A stretch of 33,275 nt of DNA from an uncultured archaeon (GCA_964525635.1 CAZGJX010000041.1:1-33275), one strand, 5' to 3'. Numbered from the stretch's first letter, positions 10,414 through 20,322 are shown. The notes: generated by a model not told the origin, from the sequence alone. Translations and numbers: made by a program.

Positions 10414-11589
10414 ATGTTAAAAAAAGGATTAGATAAGCAAGAAATTCTGGAAATTTTGAAGAAAAAATTATCTACAGATTTTGGCTATGATTCTGGAAAA
10501 ATTCTAGGATCTATGTGTACACCTGTGTTTGAATTTGGGAGAGAGGTATATAATACATATTTAAATAAAAATTTAGGAGATCCTGGGCTTTTTCCCGGGA
10601 CTGCAAATTTAGAGGATGAACTTGTTTCTGAAATAGGAGAATTGTTTGGGGGGAAAAAAATAATAGGATCTTTTACAACTGGAGGATCTGAATCAAATTT
10701 AATTGCGATGAGAATAGCTAAAAAATTAAGACCAGATATAATAAAGCCAGAAATCGTTCTTCCTATTTCCGCACACGTATCTTTTGATAAGGCAGCAGAC
10801 CTTATGGGTATTAAATTGAGAAAAGTAAAGTTGAAAAAAAATTTTGAATTAGACCTTGATCATTTTAAATCTATGATAAATAATAATACATGTGGTGTAG
10901 TAGGTATTGCTGGAACAACATCCCTCGGTTTAGTAGATCCAATTGAAGAAATTGGAGAAATTATTAAAGATAGAAATATTTTTTTTCATATTGATGCTGC
11001 TTTCGGAGGTTTCGTACTTCCTTTTCTTGGAGAGATTGGATATAATGTACCAAAATGGGATTTTTCAGTAAAGCAAGTTGATTCAATAACAGCGGATCCT
11101 CATAAAATGGGAATGGGTGTTATACCATCAGGAGGTATTTTTTTAAGAAATGAAAAAATTCTTCATAAAACTGGATTTGAGATTCCTTATTTAGCTGGTG
11201 GAAATTTTAAACATCTTCATATAGTAGGGACACGAACAGGTGGTACAGTTATTTCATTTTGGGCGATTATTAGATATTTAGGAAAAGATGGTTTTATAAA
11301 AGTTGTAAAAAAATGCATGGAAAATACAGAATTTTTAGTAAATAAAATAGAACAATTAGATGGTATTAAAATCGCTGCAAATCCTATGATGAATGTAGTA
11401 GGAATTAAATTAGAAAATGACGAAAAAATATGTGAACTCGATAAAGAATTAAAAACACGAAACTGGATGTTAGGTAAATTTGAAAATTTTAATTTAATAA
11501 GAGTTGTTGTTATGCCTCATGTTACTAAAATGCATCTCTCTCGTTTCATTGATGATTTAGAAATTGTTTTAAAAAAATTTAATTTTTAA
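10414..11589 (+). CDS. mfnA: PLP-dependent tyrosine/aspartate decarboxylase
   Basis: ILGSMCT, NLGDPGLFPGT, TTGGSESN, HIDAAFGG and SITADPHK (PLP lysine). Confidence 0.92.
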   Translation: MLKKGLDKQEILEILKKKLSTDFGYDSGKILGSMCTPVFEFGREVYNTYLNKNLGDPGLFPGTANLEDELVSEIGELFGGKKIIGSFTTGGSESNLIAMRIAKKLRPDIIKPEIVLPISAHVSFDKAADLMGIKLRKVKLKKNFELDLDHFKSMINNNTCGVVGIAGTTSLGLVDPIEEIGEIIKDRNIFFHIDAAFGGFVLPFLGEIGYNVPKWDFSVKQVDSITADPHKMGMGVIPSGGIFLRNEKILHKTGFEIPYLAGGNFKHLHIVGTRTGGTVISFWAIIRYLGKDGFIKVVKKCMENTEFLVNKIEQLDGIKIAANPMMNVVGIKLENDEKICELDKELKTRNWMLGKFENFNLIRVVVMPHVTKMHLSRFIDDLEIVLKKFNF

Positions 11590-11605
11590 AATCAAACATT
11601 TGATT

Positions 11606-12187
11606 TTATTCTTTAAAATCATTCCATGAATTGATTTCTATGGTCTTTACATCTTTTTCAATTAATTGAGAAATGAGATTTATTTTATCTAAAGTTAACT
11701 TATCAGATTTATTCCTATTTTCATATATAAAATACAAATCTTTATCTTGCCAATCTTCATCTTTTAATTCTTTAATTAACCGATTACATTTCTTTTGTAT
11801 TCCAGGATTTATTTTTTCATAATCTTCTATGAAAAATGGTCCTCCTGATATAATTAATTTACGAGGATCAACACCAATATTTTTTAATATTTTTTTTGCA
11901 GAATTGGATGAAACCAATGCGATATTTCCCTTATTAAATAATACAGATATTTTTTGTTTTAATATTTCTATATTTTTTTCTATTTTTATTTGAGATTTTT
12001 GTTTTAAATAAGTAGAAAATATGATCGTTAATTTTTTTTTTAGAGCAAGTAATTTATTTTCAAATTCTTCTTGTAAAGAATCTGTTAATTCATAAGTTGG
12101 TGATATTTTTCGAATAATAACTTTTATATCGATCAAATCTTCGATTGCATCCAATAGGTTTTTTATTTCCTCTTTTTTAATTCTCAT
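11606..12187 (-). CDS. Conserved archaeal protein (DUF2100-like)
   Basis: KKILKNIGVDPRKLIISGGP..ED..KINP and DKLT motifs. Confidence 0.6.
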   Translation of the reverse strand: MRIKKEEIKNLLDAIEDLIDIKVIIRKISPTYELTDSLQEEFENKLLALKKKLTIIFSTYLKQKSQIKIEKNIEILKQKISVLFNKGNIALVSSNSAKKILKNIGVDPRKLIISGGPFFIEDYEKINPGIQKKCNRLIKELKDEDWQDKDLYFIYENRNKSDKLTLDKINLISQLIEKDVKTIEINSWNDFKE

Positions 12188-12336
12188 TTTTTCGAAATTT
12201 TGATATTAATTTATTTATTTTAATGAATAGAATTTTATTAAAATTCTTAGATTTTTAAATAATCTTATAAAAATATTTATGATTAAAACAATTTAATTAT
12301 AAATAATTGAAATATAATTTCTATTGGCAATGAAGA

Positions 12337-13092
12337 ATGGGTAAAAAAAATAAATCTAAGCTTGGAATAAAAACTGCGAGATTCTTTACTAAAACTTGTT
12401 CTAATTGTGGTAATGAATATCCAAATTGGTTTGTATGTTGTCCAGGTTGTGGAACAGCGTGGGATAAGGAAGAAGGAAAAGAAATTGTAGATTCCGAAAA
12501 ATTAACTAAAAAAAATGTAAAAATTGTAGTGAAAATAACCGAAGAAGACTTTAATGAACCAATTAATACCGTTGATCTCATTTTTAGTGGAGATCAGGGG
12601 CAATCATGGTATAAGATGAAAATGGAATTCAAATCAGATTATTTTTTAGCAGAAATAATTGAGGTTCCTATAGGTGCGAGTATTATCTATTATATTGAAG
12701 TTGAATTAAAGAATGGAGAAAAAATTATAGAGAATAATGATGGAGAATATTTTATATATAGAGTTGGTACACATGAAATTGAAGAACCTAGAGAGATATC
12801 GAAAATAGAAAAAATAAAACAAATACCTTCTCGACCACAAGAATATTTTAAACCTAAAGATTCTTCTTTTAAAGCCCCTGTAACAAATAATGAGGAAATT
12901 AAGACAGAAGAAAATTTTGCTCCTGAGTATATTGAAAGTCCAAAAGAATTTTTTAAGGATTCAAAAGATTTAACTATTTTTGGAATACCCCAGACAGAAA
13001 AAGATCCTGATTTGAAAATATGTCCTAAATGTGAATCAAAAATAAAGAAAATGTGGAATATATGTCCAATTTGTGGACACCGAATTGAATAA
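12337..13092 (+). CDS. Protein with N- and C-terminal zinc ribbons and a central beta-rich domain
   Basis: CSNCG..CPGCG at the N-terminus, CPKC..CPICG at the C-terminus. Confidence 0.8.
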   Translation: MGKKNKSKLGIKTARFFTKTCSNCGNEYPNWFVCCPGCGTAWDKEEGKEIVDSEKLTKKNVKIVVKITEEDFNEPINTVDLIFSGDQGQSWYKMKMEFKSDYFLAEIIEVPIGASIIYYIEVELKNGEKIIENNDGEYFIYRVGTHEIEEPREISKIEKIKQIPSRPQEYFKPKDSSFKAPVTNNEEIKTEENFAPEYIESPKEFFKDSKDLTIFGIPQTEKDPDLKICPKCESKIKKMWNICPICGHRIE

Positions 13093-13126
13093 TCGAAGAA
13101 ACATAAACATCTCTATTTTTTATCAT

Positions 13127-14794
13127 TTATATTAATTTAGATCCACATTTATTACAAAAAGCATATTCTGGAGATAATTTTGAACCACATTTCTTACAAA
13201 CAACTTGTTTTACTATATCAGCAGGAATTTCATTTAAGTTAGTTGTGTATGTAGGATATAAAGTAATTGCTCCTGAATCTTTTTCTAGATCTTCTATATT
13301 TGGAATTATTCTTAAATCTGAAGATTCAGTATCGTTTATTGGAGATGCAAATGGTACGAATGCAGTCTTTTTTTCTTCTTCTTTATATGTTGTTGATTTA
13401 TAGTAAAGGGATTCAAACAACGAGGGAAGTTTTGAATTTTGCTCTTGTTCAATTTCTTGATATATTGGTGGTTCGACGATTAAATCTGCTTCCTTTGGTT
13501 GAATTACTTCTTTTTTTTCTTTTTTCTCCTTTTTCTCTTTTTTCTCCTTTTTCTTCTTTTTAGGTTTCTTTTTTTCTTTCTTTGCTTCTATAGGTTGTGG
13601 TATATAATCAAATAAAGAATCAGAGGCCTGTTCTCCTGATATACTAGATGAGCTAGGTTGATTAAAGGCAAAGGGAGGTGATTTTTCCGAGATTGGTTCT
13701 TGATCTTCAATAGATAGACCTGATTTAAACTGCTCTGGCCCTTCTATTGGAACGGGGGCATTAGAAGAGAATGGTATTGATTTTGGTTTGAAAGATTCGC
13801 TTACTAGTGGTTTTGTGGATGATGATACTTGAGAAAATTCCACACTTGCTCTTTCTTGCTGTAATTCCTCTGCTATTATCTCATCTGGAGTTTTAAAATC
13901 AAATTCAACTTTTTTATCTTTCTTAAGAGGTTCTGGGAGAGGTACTTCAGGTTCTATTTCTTGTCCAATTAGGGATTTTAAATCATCTGTTATCTTTTCA
14001 GATTCTGATTTATATGTTGGAGTTTGTGGTGCTTGGAAGAACTCTTGAGAGGATATAGGTTCAGTTTGTTGAGGGAGTTTATATTCAGGTTCCGGTTCAA
14101 ATGAATCATATTCAGATGAGAGGGGAATTGGTGATTCTGGAGTAAATGGTTGTTCATACACCTCATTTGATATAATTGCAGGTTCTTGCCCTAAAGCAGG
14201 TGATACAAGGACTTGTCCAGGAGCACATACTTTACCTTCTGCGATTAATCTGTCCGGGACACCCTCACCAATCATTAAACAAGCAAGGATTTGAAAACAA
14301 TCACCAACATTATCACCAGTTTTAGCAGAAGCTTCCATATAATATAAATTAAAATCTCGTGTAAAACTTTCAATTTCTTCCAAAGATACTGCTCTTTGTT
14401 CAATTAAATCACATTTATTTCCTACTAGAAGTAACGGGACTTCATTTTGTACATTTGCGCGTACTTCTTCTATCCATTGTGGTAAATGTTCAAAACTAGG
14501 AAGAGAAGTTAAATCAAACATAAGAAGAGCCCCCAAAGCTCCTCGATAATACATAGGACGTATAGAACTGAAACGTTCTTGACCCCCTGTATCCCATATT
14601 TGAAGTTTTGCTCTAATAATTTCTTCATCAGTTTCGACGGAAATAGTCCTAACGTGAAAATCTACTCCTATTGTCATTTTATAGTCTTCAGTAAAGAATC
14701 CTTTACTAAAACGGAGGGTCATAGCGGTTTTGCCGACTCCACCGTCACCTACAACGATAGACTTAAATAAGTAATCATAATCTTCTGCCATCAA
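13127..14794 (-). CDS. Rab-like small GTPase with long disordered tail and C-terminal zinc ribbon
   Basis: GDGGVGKT, TIGVDF, KLQIWDTGGQERF, YYRGA, NKCD, EASAK; P/E/S-rich tail; CKKCG..CNKCG; AGGAG SD upstream. Confidence 0.95.
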   Translation of the reverse strand: MMAEDYDYLFKSIVVGDGGVGKTAMTLRFSKGFFTEDYKMTIGVDFHVRTISVETDEEIIRAKLQIWDTGGQERFSSIRPMYYRGALGALLMFDLTSLPSFEHLPQWIEEVRANVQNEVPLLLVGNKCDLIEQRAVSLEEIESFTRDFNLYYMEASAKTGDNVGDCFQILACLMIGEGVPDRLIAEGKVCAPGQVLVSPALGQEPAIISNEVYEQPFTPESPIPLSSEYDSFEPEPEYKLPQQTEPISSQEFFQAPQTPTYKSESEKITDDLKSLIGQEIEPEVPLPEPLKKDKKVEFDFKTPDEIIAEELQQERASVEFSQVSSSTKPLVSESFKPKSIPFSSNAPVPIEGPEQFKSGLSIEDQEPISEKSPPFAFNQPSSSSISGEQASDSLFDYIPQPIEAKKEKKKPKKKKKEKKEKKEKKEKKEVIQPKEADLIVEPPIYQEIEQEQNSKLPSLFESLYYKSTTYKEEEKKTAFVPFASPINDTESSDLRIIPNIEDLEKDSGAITLYPTYTTNLNEIPADIVKQVVCKKCGSKLSPEYAFCNKCGSKLI

Positions 14795-15136
14795 AGATCT
14801 CCTTTTTATAAATATTTATTAGTGAGAAATAGTTAATATTAAATTTCTCATTATTTTCTTTTTATGTAATATAACTATTTTAAAAATTTAAAATTTATAA
14901 TTTTTATTCAGATAAATACTGTTTTAATAAATATATTTAAAAATACAAAAATCTACACTATTTTATAAAATTTAAACTAATCCAACTATTAAAAATTTTT
15001 GAAAGAAAAAAATGAACTACTATTTGATCATAAATTCTTGAAAAATTGATTGATTATATAAAATTTTAATTTTCAGAAAGATTATATATTAACGAGAATA
15101 AGGATTTTATCATTCAAAAAACCAAGGTAAGCGGAT

Positions 15137-16477
15137 TTGATAAGAAAAAGAGAAAATGAACCATATTTACAAATAGCACTTGATTTAGTTAATATAAATA
15201 GAGCTGTAAAGATTGCTGAAGAATCTATCAATGGTGGAGTAGAGTGGATTGAAGTTGGAACTCCCTTAATTAAATCAGAGGGAATGAATGCAATTAGAAT
15301 AATGCATGAAAAATTTCCAAATAATGTTATAGTTGCTGATATGAAAACAGTAGATGGGGGGTCAATAGAAATTGAGATGGCAGCAAAATCAGGTGCAGAT
15401 ATAGTATTAATGCTTGGGGGTAGTGATGATGCATCTGTAACTGAAGCTATAGCTGCCGCACGTAAATTTGGCGTAATTTTAGGATGTGATACTATTGATA
15501 TTCCTATGGATAATTTAATAAAAAGAGCTTTGAAATTAGAAGAATTGGGTGTTAACATGATTTGTTCTCATGTGGGGATTGATCAACAAACTATTTATGG
15601 TGGAGAAAAAACACTTGAACTTGCAAAACAACTAAAGCAAAAGTTAAAACCTACAACTTGGTTAGCAATCGCAGGAGGTATTAATAGTGAAACCGCAGCA
15701 AGTGCAAAAGAGCTTAATGTTGATGTTATTGTAGTAGGAGGTGCTCTCTACAAATCAGAGAATCCAGAACAAACAGCAAGAAAGATAAAGAAAGCTATTA
15801 TCTCAGCAAAACCAATCGAAACTAAATTATTTAAAAAATATAATGAGTCTCAAATTTATGATGCTTTAATGATGGTATCAAGTCCAAATATTTCAGATGC
15901 GATGCATCGTTCAGGTGAAATGCAAGGTCTAAAACCTGTGTGGATTGGTACGGAAGAACATCCATTGAAATTCGTAGGACCTGCTGTTACTGTAAGAACT
16001 TACAACGGCGACTGGAGTAAACCTGTAGAAGCAATAGAGGATGCTAATAAAGGCGATGTTATTGTTATTGATGCTTGTGAAGGAAAAGATGCAGTTTGGG
16101 GAGAACTTGCTTCATGGAGCTGTAAAGTTAAAGGTATTGTCGGAGTTGTAATTGATGGCGCTGTTAGAGATATTGAAGAAATAAGAAAAATAAAATTACC
16201 CATCTTTGCAAAACATTTTACACCTACTGCTGGAGAACCTCGCGGATTCGGAGAAATAAATACAAGTATTATATGTGCAGGTCAGAGAGTTGATCCCGGA
16301 GATTGGATTGTGGGAGACGATTCTGGAGTTATTATTATTCCAAAAGTAAAATCTCAGGAAATAGCAAATAGAGCTATTGATGTTTTTGAAAAAGAAAATC
16401 GTCTTCGCGAAGAAATAAAAAGAGGATCTACTCTATCTGAAGTTACTTATCTAAAAAAATGGGAAAAACAAAAATAA
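15137..16477 (+). CDS. 3-hexulose-6-phosphate synthase fused to an RraA/MenG-like domain
   Basis: LQIALD, WIEVGTPLIKSEG, VADMKTVDGG (HPS); NISDAMH, AVWGELA, VIDGAVRD, PGDWIVGDDSGV (RraA-like). Confidence 0.9.
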   Translation: MIRKRENEPYLQIALDLVNINRAVKIAEESINGGVEWIEVGTPLIKSEGMNAIRIMHEKFPNNVIVADMKTVDGGSIEIEMAAKSGADIVLMLGGSDDASVTEAIAAARKFGVILGCDTIDIPMDNLIKRALKLEELGVNMICSHVGIDQQTIYGGEKTLELAKQLKQKLKPTTWLAIAGGINSETAASAKELNVDVIVVGGALYKSENPEQTARKIKKAIISAKPIETKLFKKYNESQIYDALMMVSSPNISDAMHRSGEMQGLKPVWIGTEEHPLKFVGPAVTVRTYNGDWSKPVEAIEDANKGDVIVIDACEGKDAVWGELASWSCKVKGIVGVVIDGAVRDIEEIRKIKLPIFAKHFTPTAGEPRGFGEINTSIICAGQRVDPGDWIVGDDSGVIIIPKVKSQEIANRAIDVFEKENRLREEIKRGSTLSEVTYLKKWEKQK

Positions 16478-16576
16478 GCCAAGGGAGGGATTTGAACCCC
16501 CGCAAATCAACTCTGCAGGCTGACGCTTTCGGCATAAATTGTACGTTTTTATACAACCGGGCTAAGCGACCTTGGC
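16477..16576 (-). tRNA. tRNA-Cys(GCA) with a 26-nt non-canonical D-arm intron (16528..16553)
   Basis: Acceptor GCCAAGG/CCTTGGC with U73 discriminator; anticodon arm TCAGC-CT-GCA-GA-GTTGA; T arm GGGGG-TTCAAAT-CCCTC; BHB central helix CGGT/GCCG with TGT and AAA bulges. Confidence 0.9.
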
Positions 16577-16733
16577 TTTTCTTTTTTATAATTAAAATTT
16601 GAAAGAAGTATAAAAACCTTATTTTATAAAAGGTTAAATCAAATTTTAATTTTATGAATTCACTGCTATAAAGGATTTTTCATTTAGCTTAAAGTTTTAA
16701 AAATAATAAACAGTGATTAGTTTAGATTATTTT

Positions 16734-17570
16734 TTAACTTATGATATTATAATAAAATTTTTCAGGATCAGGTAAATCAAGATTAAATTTATTAAAATAA
16801 TTAAAAATATTTTTGATATCTCTTACTAAAAATATTTCTGCTTTTGGATGATGTACTGAAACTGCTTGAGAAATATCAATTATAACTGATTTTTGATTAT
16901 GATATAAAATGTTAAATTCTGAAAGATCTCCATGAACAAGTTTTGCTTTCTGATATAGATCTTTTATAAAGGATAGAATTTCATCAACAAGGTTTTTTTT
17001 ATTTGTAAGTTCCTTAATATCTTTTAATTTAGGCGCAGGAATCTGTCCAAATCCAATATATTCCATTAAGAGAATGTTAGATGATACAAAAATAGGTTCA
17101 GGAACGCTTAAATTAGAATTAAATGCTCTTTTTAGATTTTTAAATTCTTTTGTTGCCCACAAATATATAATTTTTGAAATATTGTTTGGAATTTTCTTAA
17201 ATCTTGGATCTCCTATAATATAATTTTTCATCCATTTTGAGGTATTTCTATCTATTTTATAAATTTTGATTGCTATTTCTTTTCCATCAAAATCATATCC
17301 AAGATAAACATTTGCTTCTTTTCCAGCAGAAATTATCCCCTCAACGTAGTCTAAAATACCCTTCTCAAGTATTTTTCCTAATTGATATATTGTTCTCTCA
17401 TCAAAAACGGATTCAAGTGCTGCTCTTTTTTTGGTTTTATCAATAATTTTAATTTTTCTTAAGTCTATACTTTTTTTTATTAAATCATCCACTTTTAAAT
17501 TGGAAAAATTAGAATCTTCTGAAAATTCATCATCATCCTCATTATTTAAATTGTCTTCATCAAAATTCAT
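16734..17570 (-). CDS. rio1: Rio1-family atypical Ser/Thr kinase
   Basis: ISAGKEANVY, AIKIY, GDPRF, LVHGDLSEFNIL, IIDISQAV; AGGTGA SD. Confidence 0.95.
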   Translation of the reverse strand: MNFDEDNLNNEDDDEFSEDSNFSNLKVDDLIKKSIDLRKIKIIDKTKKRAALESVFDERTIYQLGKILEKGILDYVEGIISAGKEANVYLGYDFDGKEIAIKIYKIDRNTSKWMKNYIIGDPRFKKIPNNISKIIYLWATKEFKNLKRAFNSNLSVPEPIFVSSNILLMEYIGFGQIPAPKLKDIKELTNKKNLVDEILSFIKDLYQKAKLVHGDLSEFNILYHNQKSVIIDISQAVSVHHPKAEIFLVRDIKNIFNYFNKFNLDLPDPEKFYYNIIS

Positions 17571-17726
17571 TTAATCACCTTTTTTTAATAAAATTTAATG
17601 AATTATTGAAGAAAAATTAGAATCTTCTGAAAATTCATCATCATCCTCATTATTTAAATTGTCTTCATCAAAATTCATTTAATCACCTTTTTTTAATAAA
17701 ATTTAATGAATTATTGAAGAAAAATT
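17503..17726. repeat. Perfect 108-bp direct tandem duplication bounded by 8-bp microhomology GAAAAATT
   Basis: 17503..17610 repeats at 17611..17718; GAAAAATT occurs at 17503, 17611 and 17719. Confidence 0.93.
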
Positions 17727-18600
17727 CGAAATCTTTTACAATCTTTATATTTTTTTCATTTTTAAGGATTACTTTATTTTTAAGGATAGTTTCAACATTA
17801 AACTCCTCATTATTCATTAGAATTACATCATTTCTATTAAATGGTAAGAACTTTATTAAAGTCTTTAATCGGAAGATGTTCCTCCCTCTATTTATATCTC
17901 TTCCTACTAATTTTTTTGATCTTTTTAATATAAAATGTGAATTTCCTCTTAAATATGAAATAATATACTTCATTAATTCATTAGTGCTTAAATATAAATC
18001 TGCACCATTTTTTTGATTAACTACTTTTGAAATATAATGTCTAGGTTCTTTAATAAATAGTTTTTCAACATAATTATCAATTTTATCTACAATATCTTCA
18101 ATATAATCTAATCTTTTTTCATCAGCAACCCTTAATTGAATAATAGATAAAAAGTAAGTACCTCCTCTCAAATTGACACAATTTTTACACAATTCATGAT
18201 TAACATTAATACGTATCTCCTGTGAATACCTAATTTTTGGATTTTCTACTAAATTACCCTCTATTCTAACATTTAAGCATTTAAGGAGATCATTTGAGGA
18301 AAATTCTTTAGAATTTTCATCTAAAATAATTTCAAACTCAATATTCTCTTTTTTTAACGAATGTTTTAATATAAATCTTTGAATTGCATTTTTTACAATT
18401 TGATTCATTTCTGTGTTGTCCGATTCAAACCATTCTTCTTTCTTGGTATAATTTAAGCAATCTAAGCAAACCGAAAAAGAGAATTTGTTAGGTAATTCAA
18501 ATAAAGGATGTTCTTTCAAATAACATTCAATACACATTCCAAAATGAGGGGAAAAAGTATCAATCTTTTTTCCGCAAATAGCACAATATCTATTAGGCAT
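17683..18600 (-). CDS. nmd3: Nmd3-family large ribosomal subunit biogenesis protein
   Basis: CAICG..CIEC, CLDC, CKNC..GGTYFLSIIQLR, GADLY, KLVGRD; conserved position next to rio1 and aIF2beta. Confidence 0.88.
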   Translation of the reverse strand: MPNRYCAICGKKIDTFSPHFGMCIECYLKEHPLFELPNKFSFSVCLDCLNYTKKEEWFESDNTEMNQIVKNAIQRFILKHSLKKENIEFEIILDENSKEFSSNDLLKCLNVRIEGNLVENPKIRYSQEIRINVNHELCKNCVNLRGGTYFLSIIQLRVADEKRLDYIEDIVDKIDNYVEKLFIKEPRHYISKVVNQKNGADLYLSTNELMKYIISYLRGNSHFILKRSKKLVGRDINRGRNIFRLKTLIKFLPFNRNDVILMNNEEFNVETILKNKVILKNEKNIKIVKDFEFFFNNSLNFIKKR

Positions 18601-18896
18601 TAAAAAACCATCTTTAAAGCCATTGGAACACCATTTATTCGGTGCACTCCTTCTTCAGATAAGATTTTATAATTAATTGCTTCTTTTATAATTTTATCTC
18701 CAACAATATTAAAATAAGAAGCTTGTTTTAGGATTTTAATTGCCTCATCTATTTCTATAAGATCTCCCCCAAAAAAATAATTAGATATTTCGATTCTCAA
18801 ATTACCCTCATGAAATACTTTACACAAAAGATCTTCATCACATATAGCAATAGTTTCAATTCCATCCTTAAAATGAACCTTAATATACACTTTCAT
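18600..18896 (-). CDS. DUF424-family protein
   Basis: AICDEDLL, FFGG, NIVG..I..AI, INGVPMA pattern. Confidence 0.85.
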   Translation of the reverse strand: MKVYIKVHFKDGIETIAICDEDLLCKVFHEGNLRIEISNYFFGGDLIEIDEAIKILKQASYFNIVGDKIIKEAINYKILSEEGVHRINGVPMALKMVF

Positions 18897-18916
18897 TGTA
18901 AAATAAGAGTTTTTCT

Positions 18917-19330
18917 CTATTTTTCTTTAATTTCTATTCTTGCACCGCATGCTGTACATTTAAGGTACTGTTTTTTATTTTCTCTTATAACGGTTGTATC
19001 TGGTTTATTACAAATATTACATAAAACATATTCTTTAGCATATTGTTTTATTAATCTATTTAATACCTGTGGTTTGTAGTAACTCTTTAAAAATAATTGA
19101 TTACCTCGGATTTCTCCCATAGTACCCGCTGTTTTTAAAAATATTCCACAAAAATGCTTTTTACTTCTATTAAGAGTAGATAATATTTTAGTAAAATTTG
19201 AGATATATGTATTTTTTCCTTCATAACGGAGTTCAACTTCAGGAATCTCAAATCTACTTGATTGTTTTACATTATCAGGAATTTTTTCATATGCTTTATC
19301 CAGAAGTTCACTATATTTATTTAAATCCAT
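18917..19330 (-). CDS. eif2b: Translation initiation factor aIF-2 beta
   Basis: YSELLDKAYEKIP..RFEIP..T.ISNF..LNR; zinc finger YVLCNICNKPDT..CTACGA. Start is probably 19330 or 19339 rather than 19408. Confidence 0.93.
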   Translation of the reverse strand: MDLNKYSELLDKAYEKIPDNVKQSSRFEIPEVELRYEGKNTYISNFTKILSTLNRSKKHFCGIFLKTAGTMGEIRGNQLFLKSYYKPQVLNRLIKQYAKEYVLCNICNKPDTTVIRENKKQYLKCTACGARIEIKEK

Positions 19331-19435
19331 ATTGATCATTAATAATGCAATAAGTTTAATATGTATAATATTAGATTCTTGAATAATTTTTCTATTTTTC
19401 TCATTCAAAAATGGAAAGATATTTAGAAAAACATC

Positions 19436-20176
19436 TTAATAAGACTGATATATATTATCATCTGATTGATATATCTTTGATTCAATTTCTAAATCCTTCA
19501 ATAGATTTTTTAAATCTTCTTTATTTATATTTAAAAGATTTTTTAATTCTTGGAAACTCACACCCTCTCCTTGGAGAGTATGTTCTTCTATTGTTAGATA
19601 TAATTCTTCTTTAAAATCTAATTCTTTAGAATTATTTTCGTGGAATAACGAATCGACATTTATTTCATTGATATGATTACTAATTTCAAAAACATCATCC
19701 TCAATCTCAGGAATATCTTTAATATCCCCTTCTTTTATTTGTTTTATTATTTCAAGATCACATAATAATGCAAAATTAGGATCATCTATCTTTTTAATAA
19801 TTTCTGGAGAAATGGATGTATAACCCTTCCAATTTCTAATTAATCCAATTATATCAATTTTATCTCCTTTACTAAATTGCATATAATCTTCTGGATTTAC
19901 ACTCCATAAAGTAGCTCTAATCACCCCAGTACCATCATCTAAATGAAATTCAACTCTTATATTTGAAGAATTATCATCTAATGGATCATCTTCAATTAAA
20001 TTTTGATTGTTTATGATTTCTTTTTTATCTATTATCGTAGCAGCAACTCTAATTCTTTTAATTTGACCAAAGATAGTGTAAAGTGATTTATCATTATTTG
20101 AATACTTTCCCTCAAGGATGTGCCCTATCCAACAACGGATTGCTGGGAATCTTCTAAATGTTTGTGCTTCACTCAT
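19436..20176 (-). CDS. RPA32/Rpa2-like OB-fold ssDNA-binding protein with C-terminal winged helix
   Basis: RRFPA.R, RIRVAATII, FHLDDGTGVIRATLW OB fold; acidic linker; C-terminal GVSFQEL..L..LE.ESKIYQ. Confidence 0.8.
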   Translation of the reverse strand: MSEAQTFRRFPAIRCWIGHILEGKYSNNDKSLYTIFGQIKRIRVAATIIDKKEIINNQNLIEDDPLDDNSSNIRVEFHLDDGTGVIRATLWSVNPEDYMQFSKGDKIDIIGLIRNWKGYTSISPEIIKKIDDPNFALLCDLEIIKQIKEGDIKDIPEIEDDVFEISNHINEINVDSLFHENNSKELDFKEELYLTIEEHTLQGEGVSFQELKNLLNINKEDLKNLLKDLEIESKIYQSDDNIYQSY

Positions 20177-20322
20177 AATTATATTTTACTAATTTCTTAT
20201 TATTTTTAATTTATTATATTTATTATATAATATTTTAATTTTTATTCATAATTATTACTTTATGAATAATTAATAATACTTTTTCTTATATTTTGTTTAA
20301 AAGTAAATTTGAAGGAAAAATA

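Noticed and set aside
16476-16477. Integrated element at either tRNA 3' end
   Set aside because: No duplicated tRNA 3' fragment and no integrase in the window; the flanks are housekeeping genes.
17503-17726. CRISPR array or mobile element
   Set aside because: Only two abutting copies of local gene sequence; no spacers, terminal inverted repeats, cas genes or transposase.
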